Shown: positions 1-9,652, counted from the stretch's first letter. The stretch is 46,887 nt of DNA from an uncultured Akkermansia sp. (GCA_964400455.1 CAYNUW010000001.1:1-46887); one strand, 5' to 3'. The notes: a model not told the origin generated them from the sequence alone. Numbers and translations: made by a program.

Positions 1-406
1 ACCGCCAACGCACCGGCCGCAGACGCGACTCTGAACCAGTTCCTCTTCCACCTCTCACCGACTGGGGCACCGAGCTGCTTAGCTTGCGCGGATTACGAGA
101 AAAAAGCACCGATTAACCAGATCAGAAGTTAGAACAGAGTGAACTGTCGACAACTATCCGGGCTGGATTCTCGCGCTACGGCTTTAGATTCGTTGGTAGG
201 GCACCAACCACGTAAGATTAGCTTCCCCTCAAGAAGCTGCAACCGATAACAATTCGCCAAAGCTCACGCGCGATTCAGCGCCAAACACCAGCGACGTTTG
301 CCTCACCCAAAAACAAACGGTCTGAGGGGAGATTACAGTCTCCGCCTGCGGATTCACAAATTTTGGGTGGCCTCTAACGCCCCACTTCAGTGGAGTGCGA
401 TCTCCC

Positions 407-895
407 ATGAACCCTGTTCTTAAGTTGTTGTTGGATGGCGGACGCCTCGACACCGCGCAGATGGCGCAGGTAGCCGGCTTGTCCGTGAGCGAAGTCGAGC
501 AGCACCTGGAGCAGCTGAAAAAAGATAAAATCTTCCTCGGCTGGCGCCCGGTGCTCGATCTCTCCCGCGAGGCCGCCGCCGGCGCCGCCGTGCGCGCCGT
601 GATCGAGGTCAAACTCACCCCCGAACGCGGCGGCGGCTTCAACCGCATGGCCGAGCGCCTCTGCCAATTCGAAGAGGTCGAATCCTGCTACTTGATGTCC
701 GGCGCCTACGATCTCCTGGTCTTCGTCAACGCACCCACCCTCCAAAAGGCCGCCGCCTTCGTCTCTGAAAAACTCTCCACCTTCGGCGGCGTGCTCTCCA
801 CCAGCACCCACTTTCTGTTGCGCTCCTACAAAGAGGGCGGCTTCCGTCTCGACGACGGCGAGGGCTCCGGCAACCGCCTCAACGTCAGTCCCTGA
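407..895 (+). CDS. Lrp/AsnC family transcriptional regulator
   Basis: N-terminal HTH (LDTAQMAQVAGLSVSEVEQHLEQLKKDKIFLG) and RAM domain (EEVESCYLMSGAYDLLVFV). ATG at 407 preferred over GTG 395. Sits directly upstream of an aminotransferase, like the AlaR/AlaT (yugG/yugH) pair. Confidence 0.9.
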   Translation: MNPVLKLLLDGGRLDTAQMAQVAGLSVSEVEQHLEQLKKDKIFLGWRPVLDLSREAAAGAAVRAVIEVKLTPERGGGFNRMAERLCQFEEVESCYLMSGAYDLLVFVNAPTLQKAAAFVSEKLSTFGGVLSTSTHFLLRSYKEGGFRLDDGEGSGNRLNVSP

Positions 896-905
896 GCACC
901 TCCCC

Positions 906-2093
906 ATGACCACCTCCGTTAATCGGTGGGTGGCCGGCCATGTCGCCGGTCTCCCACGCAGCGGCATCCGCGACTTCTTCGAACTGGTCGCCAAAATGAA
1001 AGGCCAGGACGTCATCTCCCTCGGCGTCGGCGAACCCGACTTCGTCACACCCTGGCACGTGCGCAAGGCCGCCATCACCGCACTCGAACAGGGCAAAACC
1101 TACTACACGTCCAACCTCGGCATGCCCGAGCTGCGCAAGGCAGTCTCGACCTACGTGACGGAACACTTTGGCGTCAATTACCGCCCCGAGGATCAAATCA
1201 TCATCACGGTAGGCGTCTCCGAGGCGCTCGATCTCGCCTTCCGCGCCTTCTGCAATCCCGGCGACAAGGTGATGTATCACCAGCCCTGCTACGTCTCCTA
1301 CCACCCCAGCATCTCTCTGGTCCACGCCGAGGGCATCGCCGTGCCCACCTACGTAAAGGACAACTTCGCCCTCACCGCCGAGGCCCTGCGCGCCGCCTGG
1401 GTCCCCGGGTGCAAGATCCTCATGCTGAACCTGCCGTGCAACCCCACCGGCGGGACCTGCGATCGCGCCCAACTGGAGGCCATCGCCGCCTTCTGCCGCG
1501 AAAAGGACCTGCTCGTGCTCAGCGACGAGATCTACTCCGAACTCACCTTCGAGGGCACCCACACCAGCATCGCCAGCCTCCCCGGCATGGCCGAACGCAC
1601 CATCTTCCTCCACGGCTTCTCCAAGGCCTTCGCCATGACCGGCTGGCGCATCGGCTACGCCTGCGGGCCGGCCGAGCTCATCGACGCCATGATGAAGGTC
1701 CACCAATACGCCATGATGTGCGCCTCCATCATCGCTCAGGAAGGCGCACTCGAGGCCCTCAACCGCGGCTGGGAAAACGTCTGCGAAATGCGCGACCAGT
1801 ATCACCAGCGCCGCGACCTCGTCGTGCGCCGCTTTAACGAGATCGGTCTCACCTGCCACTCTCCGCGCGGCAGCTTCTACGCCTTCCCCACCACCACCGG
1901 CATCGGCATGAGCGAAAAAGACTTCGCCGTCGGCCTGCTCAAAGAGGAGCGCGTCGCCGTCGTCCCCGGCACCGCCTTCGGCCCCAACGGCACCGGCCAC
2001 GTCCGCGCCTGCTTCGCCACCGGCTACGAACAACTCATCGTCGCATGCGACCGCATCGAGCGTTTCGTCAACCGCTCACGCCCGACCTCCTGA
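906..2093 (+). CDS. PLP-dependent class I/II aminotransferase (AlaT/YugH-like)
   Basis: Motifs VISLGVGEPDF, NPTG, SDEIY, GFSKAFAMTGWRIG (PLP lysine), VVPGTAFG. Confidence 0.93.
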   Translation: MTTSVNRWVAGHVAGLPRSGIRDFFELVAKMKGQDVISLGVGEPDFVTPWHVRKAAITALEQGKTYYTSNLGMPELRKAVSTYVTEHFGVNYRPEDQIIITVGVSEALDLAFRAFCNPGDKVMYHQPCYVSYHPSISLVHAEGIAVPTYVKDNFALTAEALRAAWVPGCKILMLNLPCNPTGGTCDRAQLEAIAAFCREKDLLVLSDEIYSELTFEGTHTSIASLPGMAERTIFLHGFSKAFAMTGWRIGYACGPAELIDAMMKVHQYAMMCASIIAQEGALEALNRGWENVCEMRDQYHQRRDLVVRRFNEIGLTCHSPRGSFYAFPTTTGIGMSEKDFAVGLLKEERVAVVPGTAFGPNGTGHVRACFATGYEQLIVACDRIERFVNRSRPTS

Positions 2094-2164
2094 ACCGCCC
2101 GCCGCACGCTTGTTATTTCTGAGTTTGCCCAGCAGCCCCCTACCGTCCAACTCTGGCTCCCAAC

Positions 2165-2416
2165 ATGATCTCGCATCTCACCTCGGCTCCTGCGCTCGCG
2201 TTTCTCGGCATCGGTCCCACCGAGTTGATCGTCATTTTCGTCATCCTCCTCTTCCTCTTCGGCGGCTCCAAGCTCCCCGGCCTCGCCAAGGGCCTAGGCC
2301 AGTCGATCAAAGAATTCAAGAAAGCCTCGACCGAGGAGGACAAATCGAGCGACACCAAGGCCACCGCCAAGACTGATGCCGCCAAGCCGGCCGAAAAACC
2401 CGCCGACCGCGCCTGA
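2165..2416 (+). CDS. tatA: Twin-arginine translocase TatA/TatE subunit
   Basis: GIGPTELIVIFVILLFLFGGSKLPGLAKGLGQSIKEFKK matches the TatA TM, FG hinge and amphipathic helix. Confidence 0.93.
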   Translation: MISHLTSAPALAFLGIGPTELIVIFVILLFLFGGSKLPGLAKGLGQSIKEFKKASTEEDKSSDTKATAKTDAAKPAEKPADRA

Positions 2417-2465
2417 TTTCCAGACCAGATCCACTCGCGACGGCTCCTGTCAGCGCCGCCGTTTG

Positions 2466-2494
2466 ACCGCCGGACCCGCGTCCGGCGGTTTTTT
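2466..2494 (+). terminator. Rho-independent terminator after tatA
   Basis: Stem ACCGCCGGAC / loop CCGC / GTCCGGCGGT followed by TTTTT. Confidence 0.85.
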
Positions 2495-2513
2495 ATGGTC
2501 CCGGACCCTGCAT

Positions 2514-4064
2514 CTACTTGCCCCCCTCATCCTTGCTCCGCAGCGCCCGCAGCCGCTCCGCATTCAACAACTGAAACGTGCCGCCATGCCGCTTGGCCAG
2601 ATCCGACAGGGTCTGCGAGGCCGCCGCCGCCCGGTCCTCCGGCCCGGTAAACAGAAAGATGTTCAACCTCGCCCGCTCCGGGCACAGCGCCCGCTGCAAC
2701 CTCGCGAGATGCGTCGCGAAATCCTCCCACGACGCATTCGTGACCGTGGACAGGTTGCCGCCCGGCGGCGTGATCAGGCTGCCATCCTTCCGCGTCCATC
2801 CCGTCGTCTCCCGCTCGATCCGCACTCCTCGTTTTCTCAGCTCCGCCTGCACCTCGGACGTAAAAATCCGCTGCGTGTCGGTCACCACCACCGGCGTCTT
2901 TCCCTCCGCCACCAGCCGACGGTTCGCCTCCGCCAGTTCGCGCCGGGCCTTGGCCAACGAAGCCTCCCGCGCCCGGATCACCGCCTCAGGATCCAGCCCC
3001 TCCCTCGCCATCTCGGCCTCGAACTTCGCCCGCTCACGCTCGTTGGCCGTACGGCGCCCCTCCAACGCCCCTTCATCCACCCGGCGCCGGACCGCACCCG
3101 CGCTCGCCGTGATGAGATAAACCACGTCCGGCTGCTGCTCCAGCGCCGCGTGCACCGCCCGCCCCCACACCGGCGGCAACAAAAGCGCATCCACCTCCGT
3201 GCCGGCCGGCAGCGGCTTTCTTTCCCACGGTAACCGTCGCGCCGCCGATCCCGGACCATATCGGTCCAGCTGCGCGTTCACCGGCGACATCCACGCAAAA
3301 AAGTCCTTCTTGTTCTCGCTCGTCGCCGGCACCAACCCGGCGCGAAACAAATTCGTCTCCAGACCAGCCTCGTCGTCCTCCGAACCACGCCCGCCCGCCC
3401 GGTAGAGGATCACGTTGAATCGCGCCGCCGGCGGCAATCTGCCCACCAGCCGCAGGATCTCCTCGCGGATGATGCCGAAGGCCTCGAACCCGCCTTTGCG
3501 CGGGGCCATGATCTCGGTCGAGGTATCCACCACAAAGACCACGTTCGACACATTCGGCGCCGCCGCGCCCAAAAAACTCAGGGACATGAAGCCCCGGCCG
3601 CCCAGCCCCGCGCCGCCGCCGAGCGACGTGGATAAGCCGCTGCCCGCCCCCGCGCCCAATCCCGCGCCCATGCCGCCGAAACCGCCAAATCCACCCGCGC
3701 CCAGATCCGGCAAATCCGCCGGCTCGGGCAGCCGCACCGCGTCCGCCGCCGTGGAGAAGATCCGGCTCGCCGCCACCGGCGAAGCCGCCGCGCCCGAGGC
3801 CCCGCCGCGCCGCGCCACCTGCACCCGGTGCTCGACCTGACGCACCACCTCCGGCTCGCCCGCCGGCGCCGCCTCAAAGGTCTTTTTCGGAGCGATGATC
3901 TGCGTCTGCACCACCACCGCCGCCGCCACCACCAGAAGGACCGCGTGCAGCCCGAGCGTGACCAGCGCCGGCAATCCGCCCGCCAACCCGCGCAGCCGTG
4001 ACAACACCGAGGGCACGGCCGCCGCCGATGTATCCGATTTTGACGACACCGGGGACACGTTCAC
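2514..4064 (-). CDS. Membrane-anchored vWA-domain protein
   Basis: N-terminal TM (LVTLGLHAVLLVVAAAVVV), Gly-rich linker, vWA elements VVFVVDTS, RFNVILY, PDVVYLIT, LSDLAKRHGGTF. GTG start overlaps the upstream ExbD stop (GTGA). Confidence 0.75.
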   Translation of the reverse strand: MNVSPVSSKSDTSAAAVPSVLSRLRGLAGGLPALVTLGLHAVLLVVAAAVVVQTQIIAPKKTFEAAPAGEPEVVRQVEHRVQVARRGGASGAAASPVAASRIFSTAADAVRLPEPADLPDLGAGGFGGFGGMGAGLGAGAGSGLSTSLGGGAGLGGRGFMSLSFLGAAAPNVSNVVFVVDTSTEIMAPRKGGFEAFGIIREEILRLVGRLPPAARFNVILYRAGGRGSEDDEAGLETNLFRAGLVPATSENKKDFFAWMSPVNAQLDRYGPGSAARRLPWERKPLPAGTEVDALLLPPVWGRAVHAALEQQPDVVYLITASAGAVRRRVDEGALEGRRTANERERAKFEAEMAREGLDPEAVIRAREASLAKARRELAEANRRLVAEGKTPVVVTDTQRIFTSEVQAELRKRGVRIERETTGWTRKDGSLITPPGGNLSTVTNASWEDFATHLARLQRALCPERARLNIFLFTGPEDRAAAASQTLSDLAKRHGGTFQLLNAERLRALRSKDEGGK

Positions 4065-4516
4065 CAGGCATCCTCCTCATCGGCCGTGGTGAAGGTCACG
4101 TTCGTCACTCCCGCCGCCGCCAGTGCGTTCAGCACGTCCACCGTGCGCTGGTAGGGCGTCTCCGGATGCGCCAGCACCGTCACCATCAACTTCGCCTTCG
4201 CCGCCTCGCTCGACTGCTTCAGCTGCGCCAGCACCGAGGTCAGGCCCGGCAAGGGCCCCTCCACCGCGCCGCCGTCATGCGTCTCGTCGTTGAGCGCCAC
4301 CTCCCCGCCCTCGCCGATGCGGATGATCTGCTCATCGACAAACTCCGTCGGCGTGCCCGAAACCGCCACGCCGGGCAGTCGCGACTGCAAGATCTGCTCC
4401 ACCCGGATCTGGCCCGCCAAGGCCATGAAGAACACCAGGATTACGAAGACCACGTCGATCATCGGCGCGATCTGAAAGCCGAGATCGGCGTTGGCTTGGG
4501 CACGGGGAGGTTTCAT
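4061..4516 (-). CDS. ExbD/TolR family biopolymer transporter
   Basis: FQIAPMIDVVFVILVFFM TM with conserved Asp; C-terminal PYQRTVDVLNALAAAGVTNVTF. ATG 4516 chosen to avoid overlap with the upstream gene. Confidence 0.9.
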   Translation of the reverse strand: MKPPRAQANADLGFQIAPMIDVVFVILVFFMALAGQIRVEQILQSRLPGVAVSGTPTEFVDEQIIRIGEGGEVALNDETHDGGAVEGPLPGLTSVLAQLKQSSEAAKAKLMVTVLAHPETPYQRTVDVLNALAAAGVTNVTFTTADEEDAW

Positions 4517-4535
4517 CGTTTGATCTTGATTTCGG

Positions 4536-4961
4536 TTAACGCGCCACCGTCGCGAAAGTGATGTCCGAAACACCCGCCCGCGCCGCCGCCTCGACCACCG
4601 CGTTAACGTGTTTCACCGGCGTGCCCGCGTCCGCCCGGATCAAAAGCCGCGCCTGCGGCAACGCCTTTTTGCGCGCCACCAGCAGGGGCACCACCGCGTC
4701 CAGATCGGACACCGGCGTTTCCTCAAAAGTCACCCGCGCCTCGCGCGCCTCCGCCGCCCAGGCGATGTTGAATACCAACTCCCCCTCGGAGTCGTCCTTG
4801 CGCACCGCATCGGGCGCCACCGGCACCGTGATGGTCGGATCATACCGCGACACCGCCGTGCTCGCGATGCTCATGAAAAAAATCAGGAGCACCAGCAGCA
4901 CGTCGATCAGCGGGGCGATTTGAAACTCGGGCTCGCCCTCTCCGCCGCCTCCGGAAGCCAT
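4536..4961 (-). CDS. ExbD/TolR family biopolymer transporter
   Basis: FQIAPLIDVLLVLLIFFM; LLIRADAGTP...AGVSDITF. Confidence 0.92.
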   Translation of the reverse strand: MASGGGGEGEPEFQIAPLIDVLLVLLIFFMSIASTAVSRYDPTITVPVAPDAVRKDDSEGELVFNIAWAAEAREARVTFEETPVSDLDAVVPLLVARKKALPQARLLIRADAGTPVKHVNAVVEAAARAGVSDITFATVAR

Positions 4962-4965
4962 GGCG

Positions 4966-5745
4966 TCAAACCCCCTCGGCCGCCACCGGCGTTTGCGCTG
5001 CCAACCAGTTCGGCAGCGCCGCCACCGGCTCCGCCCCCTCGAAACTCACCCCACGCAGATGCTCATAGGGAAACTGCCGGAACAGCTCCGAGGCGGCCAC
5101 GTGCAAATCGTGAAACGCATGGGCCACCCGATTGCGCAGCAGATAATAAAAAACGAAAGCCGGTATGGCCACCAACAGACCGCCCGCCGTCGCATAAAGC
5201 ACCGCGCCGATCGCGGCCGAGAGCTTCGACGGATCCGCCGCGCCCGCCTGCCCCATCGCAGCGAACGCCTCGATCATGCCGAACACCGTGCCGGTCAGCC
5301 CGATCATGGGCGCGATCACCCCGATCACCGACAGGTAGGCGATGCGGCTGTTGAACACCGATTGCGCGCCCAGCACCGCCACTGCCGCCGCATCCTCCAC
5401 CGCCGCCTTGCCCTCCGGCGTCGCCGCCAGCGCCTCCGCCACGATGCGATGAAACGGCCCCGCTCCACCCCGCGCCCGGGCATGGGCCGTCCGGTAATCG
5501 CCGGCGCGGAATAGCTGCTTCATCGCCTCAATGTCGGCGTCCGGCGCCAGCACCTTTCGACCCGTCTTCAGATAACCGTCCACCGTCAGCCACACGATCA
5601 GCATCGAGCACACCAGCAGGATGTAGATCGTGGGCATGTTGAGCTTTTGCAGCAGGGTCTTCTGCATCACGACAGGTTGGTCTTGGGCCAAAACGACCAC
5701 CGGCAAAGCGGAGAACACCATCAGATAGGCGAGTATTCGGTTCAT
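4966..5745 (-). CDS. MotA/TolQ/ExbB proton channel family protein
   Basis: APMIGLTGTVFGMIEAF and LYATAGGLLVAIPA TM helices; N-terminal signal-like segment. Confidence 0.93.
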   Translation of the reverse strand: MNRILAYLMVFSALPVVVLAQDQPVVMQKTLLQKLNMPTIYILLVCSMLIVWLTVDGYLKTGRKVLAPDADIEAMKQLFRAGDYRTAHARARGGAGPFHRIVAEALAATPEGKAAVEDAAAVAVLGAQSVFNSRIAYLSVIGVIAPMIGLTGTVFGMIEAFAAMGQAGAADPSKLSAAIGAVLYATAGGLLVAIPAFVFYYLLRNRVAHAFHDLHVAASELFRQFPYEHLRGVSFEGAEPVAALPNWLAAQTPVAAEGV

Positions 5746-5793
5746 GGATTCGTGGATCAGTTGTTTTTGAAAAAAGATTCCCGGCAGTGTGTC

Positions 5794-6609
5794 TCAGAGG
5801 CCAAATTCGGTTCGTGCCACCGCCGCCTCGGGCGAATCGGGATATGCGTCGGCCAGCTCGATGGCGTAGGGCTTGGCCCGCGCCGCGTCGCCCCGCGCCC
5901 GATGCGCGCGCGCCGCGCCGAGCAGGGCCGCCGGCATCACCTCGTCCATCCCTCCAAAAAACGCCGGCACCCGCAGGTAAGATTCCAAAGCCTTGTCGTG
6001 CTCGCGCCGCCCCAGCGCCAGATGTCCGCGCATCACCCACGACCGCGCTTCCACCGCCGGCGGCGTATCAGAACCCAGCTCGGCCAGCATCAGCTCGGCC
6101 ACCGCCGCCCGCCCGGCGCGCAGGTCCAGTTCAGCAAAGGCCAGCTTCGCCTCGCCCGTGGTCTCGGCATCCAGATCGGCCTGGATAAGCCCGCGCGCCG
6201 CCGCCGCGATCCCGGCCGCGTCGTTCCCGGCCAGCAGCGCGCGCAAGCGCAGCTTCGCCACCCTGGGCCACGGACTGCCCAAGGTCTTGGGAAAGGGAGA
6301 AAACTGCCGGTGCAACGGATCAAGCAGGGCCAGCGCCTCCTCGGCTCGCCCGTTCTCCAACAAGATTCTCGCTTCGCCAATTCCGGCCGGCTCGGGAAAA
6401 TCCACCCGCACCACATCGGCGAAGGGATACCGCTTCACATAGGAACTTCCGTCGGGAAACACCACCTCGCGCGCCAGATGATCCGGCCCCACCGTCACCT
6501 CGTCCGCTTGCAACACCGCCCCGCCGCGCAGAAAGTAACGCTGCGCTTCCGCCCCCGATCCGGTCAACACGGCCAGCAGGATAAAGAGTATGCGCGGTCC
6601 CGTTTTCAT
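5794..6609 (-). CDS. Exported TPR-repeat protein
   Basis: Signal peptide MKTGPRILFILLAVLTGSGAEA; helical repeats (HDKALESYLRV, ELADAYPDS). ATG 6609 overlaps the upstream stop (ATGA), indicating translational coupling. Confidence 0.8.
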   Translation of the reverse strand: MKTGPRILFILLAVLTGSGAEAQRYFLRGGAVLQADEVTVGPDHLAREVVFPDGSSYVKRYPFADVVRVDFPEPAGIGEARILLENGRAEEALALLDPLHRQFSPFPKTLGSPWPRVAKLRLRALLAGNDAAGIAAAARGLIQADLDAETTGEAKLAFAELDLRAGRAAVAELMLAELGSDTPPAVEARSWVMRGHLALGRREHDKALESYLRVPAFFGGMDEVMPAALLGAARAHRARGDAARAKPYAIELADAYPDSPEAAVARTEFGL

Positions 6610-9515
6610 GCGTCGCCCGGCGCCCCCGTCGCACTTGAGTTTGTATTCAATCTCGCGTGCAGAGCCTGTGCCCGCCGCCATTCCGCCTCGTAGACCCGCA
6701 GCCGCTCCTCGGTGAAGAACCGGTTCACCGTATCCAACGCCTCCGCTCGCTGCCCGAGCAATTCGAAGGTCTCCGCCGAGCGCAGATACGCACGCGCCAC
6801 CCACGCGCCGTGTTTTTTGTAAGAGAGATACACCCGCTGGTAGTGAGCCTGCGCCTTGGCCAGCGCATCCGGCCCGCCGCTCTCGCGCTCGATCTCACCG
6901 AGGTGAAACAACGCCTCGGCGGTCGCCTCCCCGCGCCAGGCCCGGTTGGCGGCGATCTGCTCGTAGAGCTCACGCGCCCCGTGCAGACGCCCCAGCGCGA
7001 AGCGTGCCCGAGCCCGTCCGAGCATCGCCTCCTTCAGCTTGAACCGCGCCCCCGCCTGATCAATGGCCGCCTCGAAGCGACTCTCCGCCTCCGCCGCCTT
7101 GCCTTCGCGCAACGCGATCTCGCCCAGTCCCACGTGTCCGTAATCCGCAAAGTGCGTCCGCCCGTGAGCGGCCAGGATGCGCTCATAACAACTGCGCGCC
7201 AGCTCCGCGTGCCCGGCCGCGAGCAACACATCGCCCACCTGACCCAGTATTCCCGGCGGCAGCTGGTCCGGCGCAAACCGACGCGCGATACCCTCCAGCA
7301 ACTCCACCCGTCGCGCCGCATCTCCCCGCCGCCCCGCCATCTCCGCCGCCACAAACATCGCCCGCGCCCCGGCGGTCGGCCGTTCGACCGCGTCACCCGG
7401 CTGCAACAACTCCTCCACCCGCGCCGCCAGCTCCGCCTCGCTGGCCGGCTCCGGCTTGGGCTCGCCCGGAGCCGCCCGTCGCGGCCTCGCCAGATTCGCC
7501 GCCAGCTCCACCAGCAGCCGCTCCACGTCCGCCCGCTCCGGGTCGTCGAGGTGCCGCCGCGCCACCCGAGCCATGAAGTCCAGCGCCTCCCCTCCCCGGC
7601 CTTCGCGCGCCCTCAACCGGCTGACCCAATAGGCCGCGTTGATCACAAAGGGATGGTCCGGCCGCGCCGACGCGAAGCCGTCCCACAGCGCCACCGCCGC
7701 CTCCGTGTCCCGCTGCGCCTGGTAATGTCGCGTCAGCTCGTCCATCACATAACCGAGCAGCTCATCCGGCAACGGCCGCTCCAACGCGGCGCGATAGGCC
7801 GCGATCGCCGCCGGCAGATCGCCCCCGGCGGCCAGCGCGTCGCCGTGCAACGAATACACCTCGCCGCGCTGCGGATGGTCGGTGTCGTGCTCCCTCAGCC
7901 ATTTTTCGCAGAGACGCGCACTGCCGGCGTGGTCCTCCCGCGCATAGGCGATGGCCGCCAGCCGGTAGCGCGCGTCGGCCGCGAACTTGCCGTTCGGGTG
8001 CTCGCGCAGATGCGCCTTGATCAATTTCTCCGCCTCCGACGCCCTTCCCTCCGCCAGTTCGGCCATCGCCACCAGATAGCCGGCCTCCTCCCGGTATCTG
8101 CCATTCGGATACTTCTCCAAGGCCTCGGCCGCCGCCGCCCTCGCTTCGGCGAAACGCAGCAGGGTAAACAACGCGTTCGCCCGCAACAAAAGCATCGTCT
8201 CCACCAACGCCGGCTCCGGCGCATGCCTCTCCAGCGCCACCCCGAGAAAATCCAACTGCTCGCCAAACTCGCCCTTCTCCCCCGCCGCCACCGCCGCGAG
8301 GTAGAGCGCCTGGGGCGCATGCCCCGACCCGGGAAACTCCGCCGCGAACCGCCCCACCGCGTCGCGCACCTGCTCGAAACGCCCCGCCTCCGCGTAGGCC
8401 CGCACCAACCCAAACCAACACGCCTCGCGCTCCGTGTGCTCCGAATGCTCCGCCAGGATATGCTCAAACAACAACGCCGCCTCCCATGGCCGGTCCAACG
8501 ACTGAAAAGCCAGCGCCAGGCGCTGCCGCAACGCCGCATCGTAGGCCGGCAACTTCTCCAACTCCGCCAGCGCCGTGCGCGCCTGCTCCAGCCGGTTCCC
8601 CAGCCGCCGGGCCGCATCCGCCTCGGTCGGCGTCGGCCTGGCCTGCGACCGATAATGCCCGACCGCCCGCTCCAACGCCGCCAGCCGCGCCCGCTGCCCC
8701 GCGATCAGGGCCGTCCGCGTCGTCGCCGCCCGATAAGCCGCCAACGCCCCCGCATGGTCACCCGCCCCCGCCAGCGCATCGCCCAGCCGCACCGACAACA
8801 GATTCAGGCCGGCCAGATTATCCACCATTTCCTGCCGCCCGCGCAACAACGCCAGCCCGCGCCGCGCATCGGCCAGCCGCCCCTCCTGCAAATACAGGTC
8901 GACCAACGCCAGCGCCGAATCCGCCCAATCCCGGTCCCGCGGCGATTCCGCCAACAACCGGGAATAAACCTCGATCGCCACCGCCTTCTCGCCCGCCTGC
9001 GCCGCGCTCATCGCACCATACAGCCGCGCCTTGTCCCGCTGCGCCGGGTCGCTCTCCGCCCGGGCGAACACCGGCACCGCCTCCCGATAGCTTTCCTGCA
9101 AAGCCAGCGCCAGCCCGAGAATCATCCGCGCCTCACCCAGCGCCGCCCCCGGCAATCCCTCCGTCGCCTCCAAGCGCCGCGCCAACTCGGCCGATCGGGC
9201 ATACCCACCCGCTTGAAAATGCAGGCTCGCCGCCGCCAACACCAACCGGTTCAAGCCCAATCCCCCGGGCAAGACTTCTCCCGAATCCACCCGGCTGATC
9301 ACTTCATCCAATAACCCCGCCGCCGCTCCGCCCTCCCCTGCCACCAAGATCTGCTCCGCCTCCTCCAATAAAGCCCCCAACGGCACCTGCGGCACCTGCC
9401 CCAAGACCGTCGCCGACGCCACGCCACTCACCCAGGCACAAAGCGCCAGGCACCGGCGGAAGCGGGTCTTTCCAAACCATTCAGCGGCCATATCAATGCA
9501 ATAGGCAGCTTTCAT
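6606..9515 (-). CDS. Large exported TPR-repeat protein (YfiO/CpoB-type TPRs)
   Basis: Many TPR units (FAAEFPGSGHAPQALY, LEKYPNGRYREEAGY, HPNGKFAADARY). Start may be ATG 9491. Confidence 0.85.
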   Translation of the reverse strand: MKAAYCIDMAAEWFGKTRFRRCLALCAWVSGVASATVLGQVPQVPLGALLEEAEQILVAGEGGAAAGLLDEVISRVDSGEVLPGGLGLNRLVLAAASLHFQAGGYARSAELARRLEATEGLPGAALGEARMILGLALALQESYREAVPVFARAESDPAQRDKARLYGAMSAAQAGEKAVAIEVYSRLLAESPRDRDWADSALALVDLYLQEGRLADARRGLALLRGRQEMVDNLAGLNLLSVRLGDALAGAGDHAGALAAYRAATTRTALIAGQRARLAALERAVGHYRSQARPTPTEADAARRLGNRLEQARTALAELEKLPAYDAALRQRLALAFQSLDRPWEAALLFEHILAEHSEHTEREACWFGLVRAYAEAGRFEQVRDAVGRFAAEFPGSGHAPQALYLAAVAAGEKGEFGEQLDFLGVALERHAPEPALVETMLLLRANALFTLLRFAEARAAAAEALEKYPNGRYREEAGYLVAMAELAEGRASEAEKLIKAHLREHPNGKFAADARYRLAAIAYAREDHAGSARLCEKWLREHDTDHPQRGEVYSLHGDALAAGGDLPAAIAAYRAALERPLPDELLGYVMDELTRHYQAQRDTEAAVALWDGFASARPDHPFVINAAYWVSRLRAREGRGGEALDFMARVARRHLDDPERADVERLLVELAANLARPRRAAPGEPKPEPASEAELAARVEELLQPGDAVERPTAGARAMFVAAEMAGRRGDAARRVELLEGIARRFAPDQLPPGILGQVGDVLLAAGHAELARSCYERILAAHGRTHFADYGHVGLGEIALREGKAAEAESRFEAAIDQAGARFKLKEAMLGRARARFALGRLHGARELYEQIAANRAWRGEATAEALFHLGEIERESGGPDALAKAQAHYQRVYLSYKKHGAWVARAYLRSAETFELLGQRAEALDTVNRFFTEERLRVYEAEWRRAQALHARLNTNSSATGAPGDA

Positions 9516-9652
9516 GCCTATTTTACGTCAAGCATTTGCAGCGCATTAATGCGGGGGCCGAAAAAACCCATACCTCCACCTGCGCCCCAATCGGAACCCT
9601 CCGCAGGACTTGCACCACGGCGTATCTTGTTTTCAAGCTCCCACCTTTTCCC

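Noticed and set aside
1-400. Gene start or RNA at the left edge of the window
   Set aside because: A minus-strand frame reads like a signal peptide (WKRNWFRVASAAGALA) but has an upstream in-frame stop with no start codon. There is too little sequence to call, and it is probably a promoter region.
6657-9314. 885-aa + strand ORF antisense to the large TPR gene, and similar long shadow ORFs (9971-11674, 11467-13455, 27656-29770)
   Set aside because: Low-complexity Arg/Pro/Gly/Ala translations with no motifs, fully overlapping well-supported genes; expected from stop-codon scarcity at high GC.
9516-9652. CIRCE element upstream of grpE-dnaJ
   Set aside because: No TTAGCACTC-N9-GAGTGCTAA match is visible.
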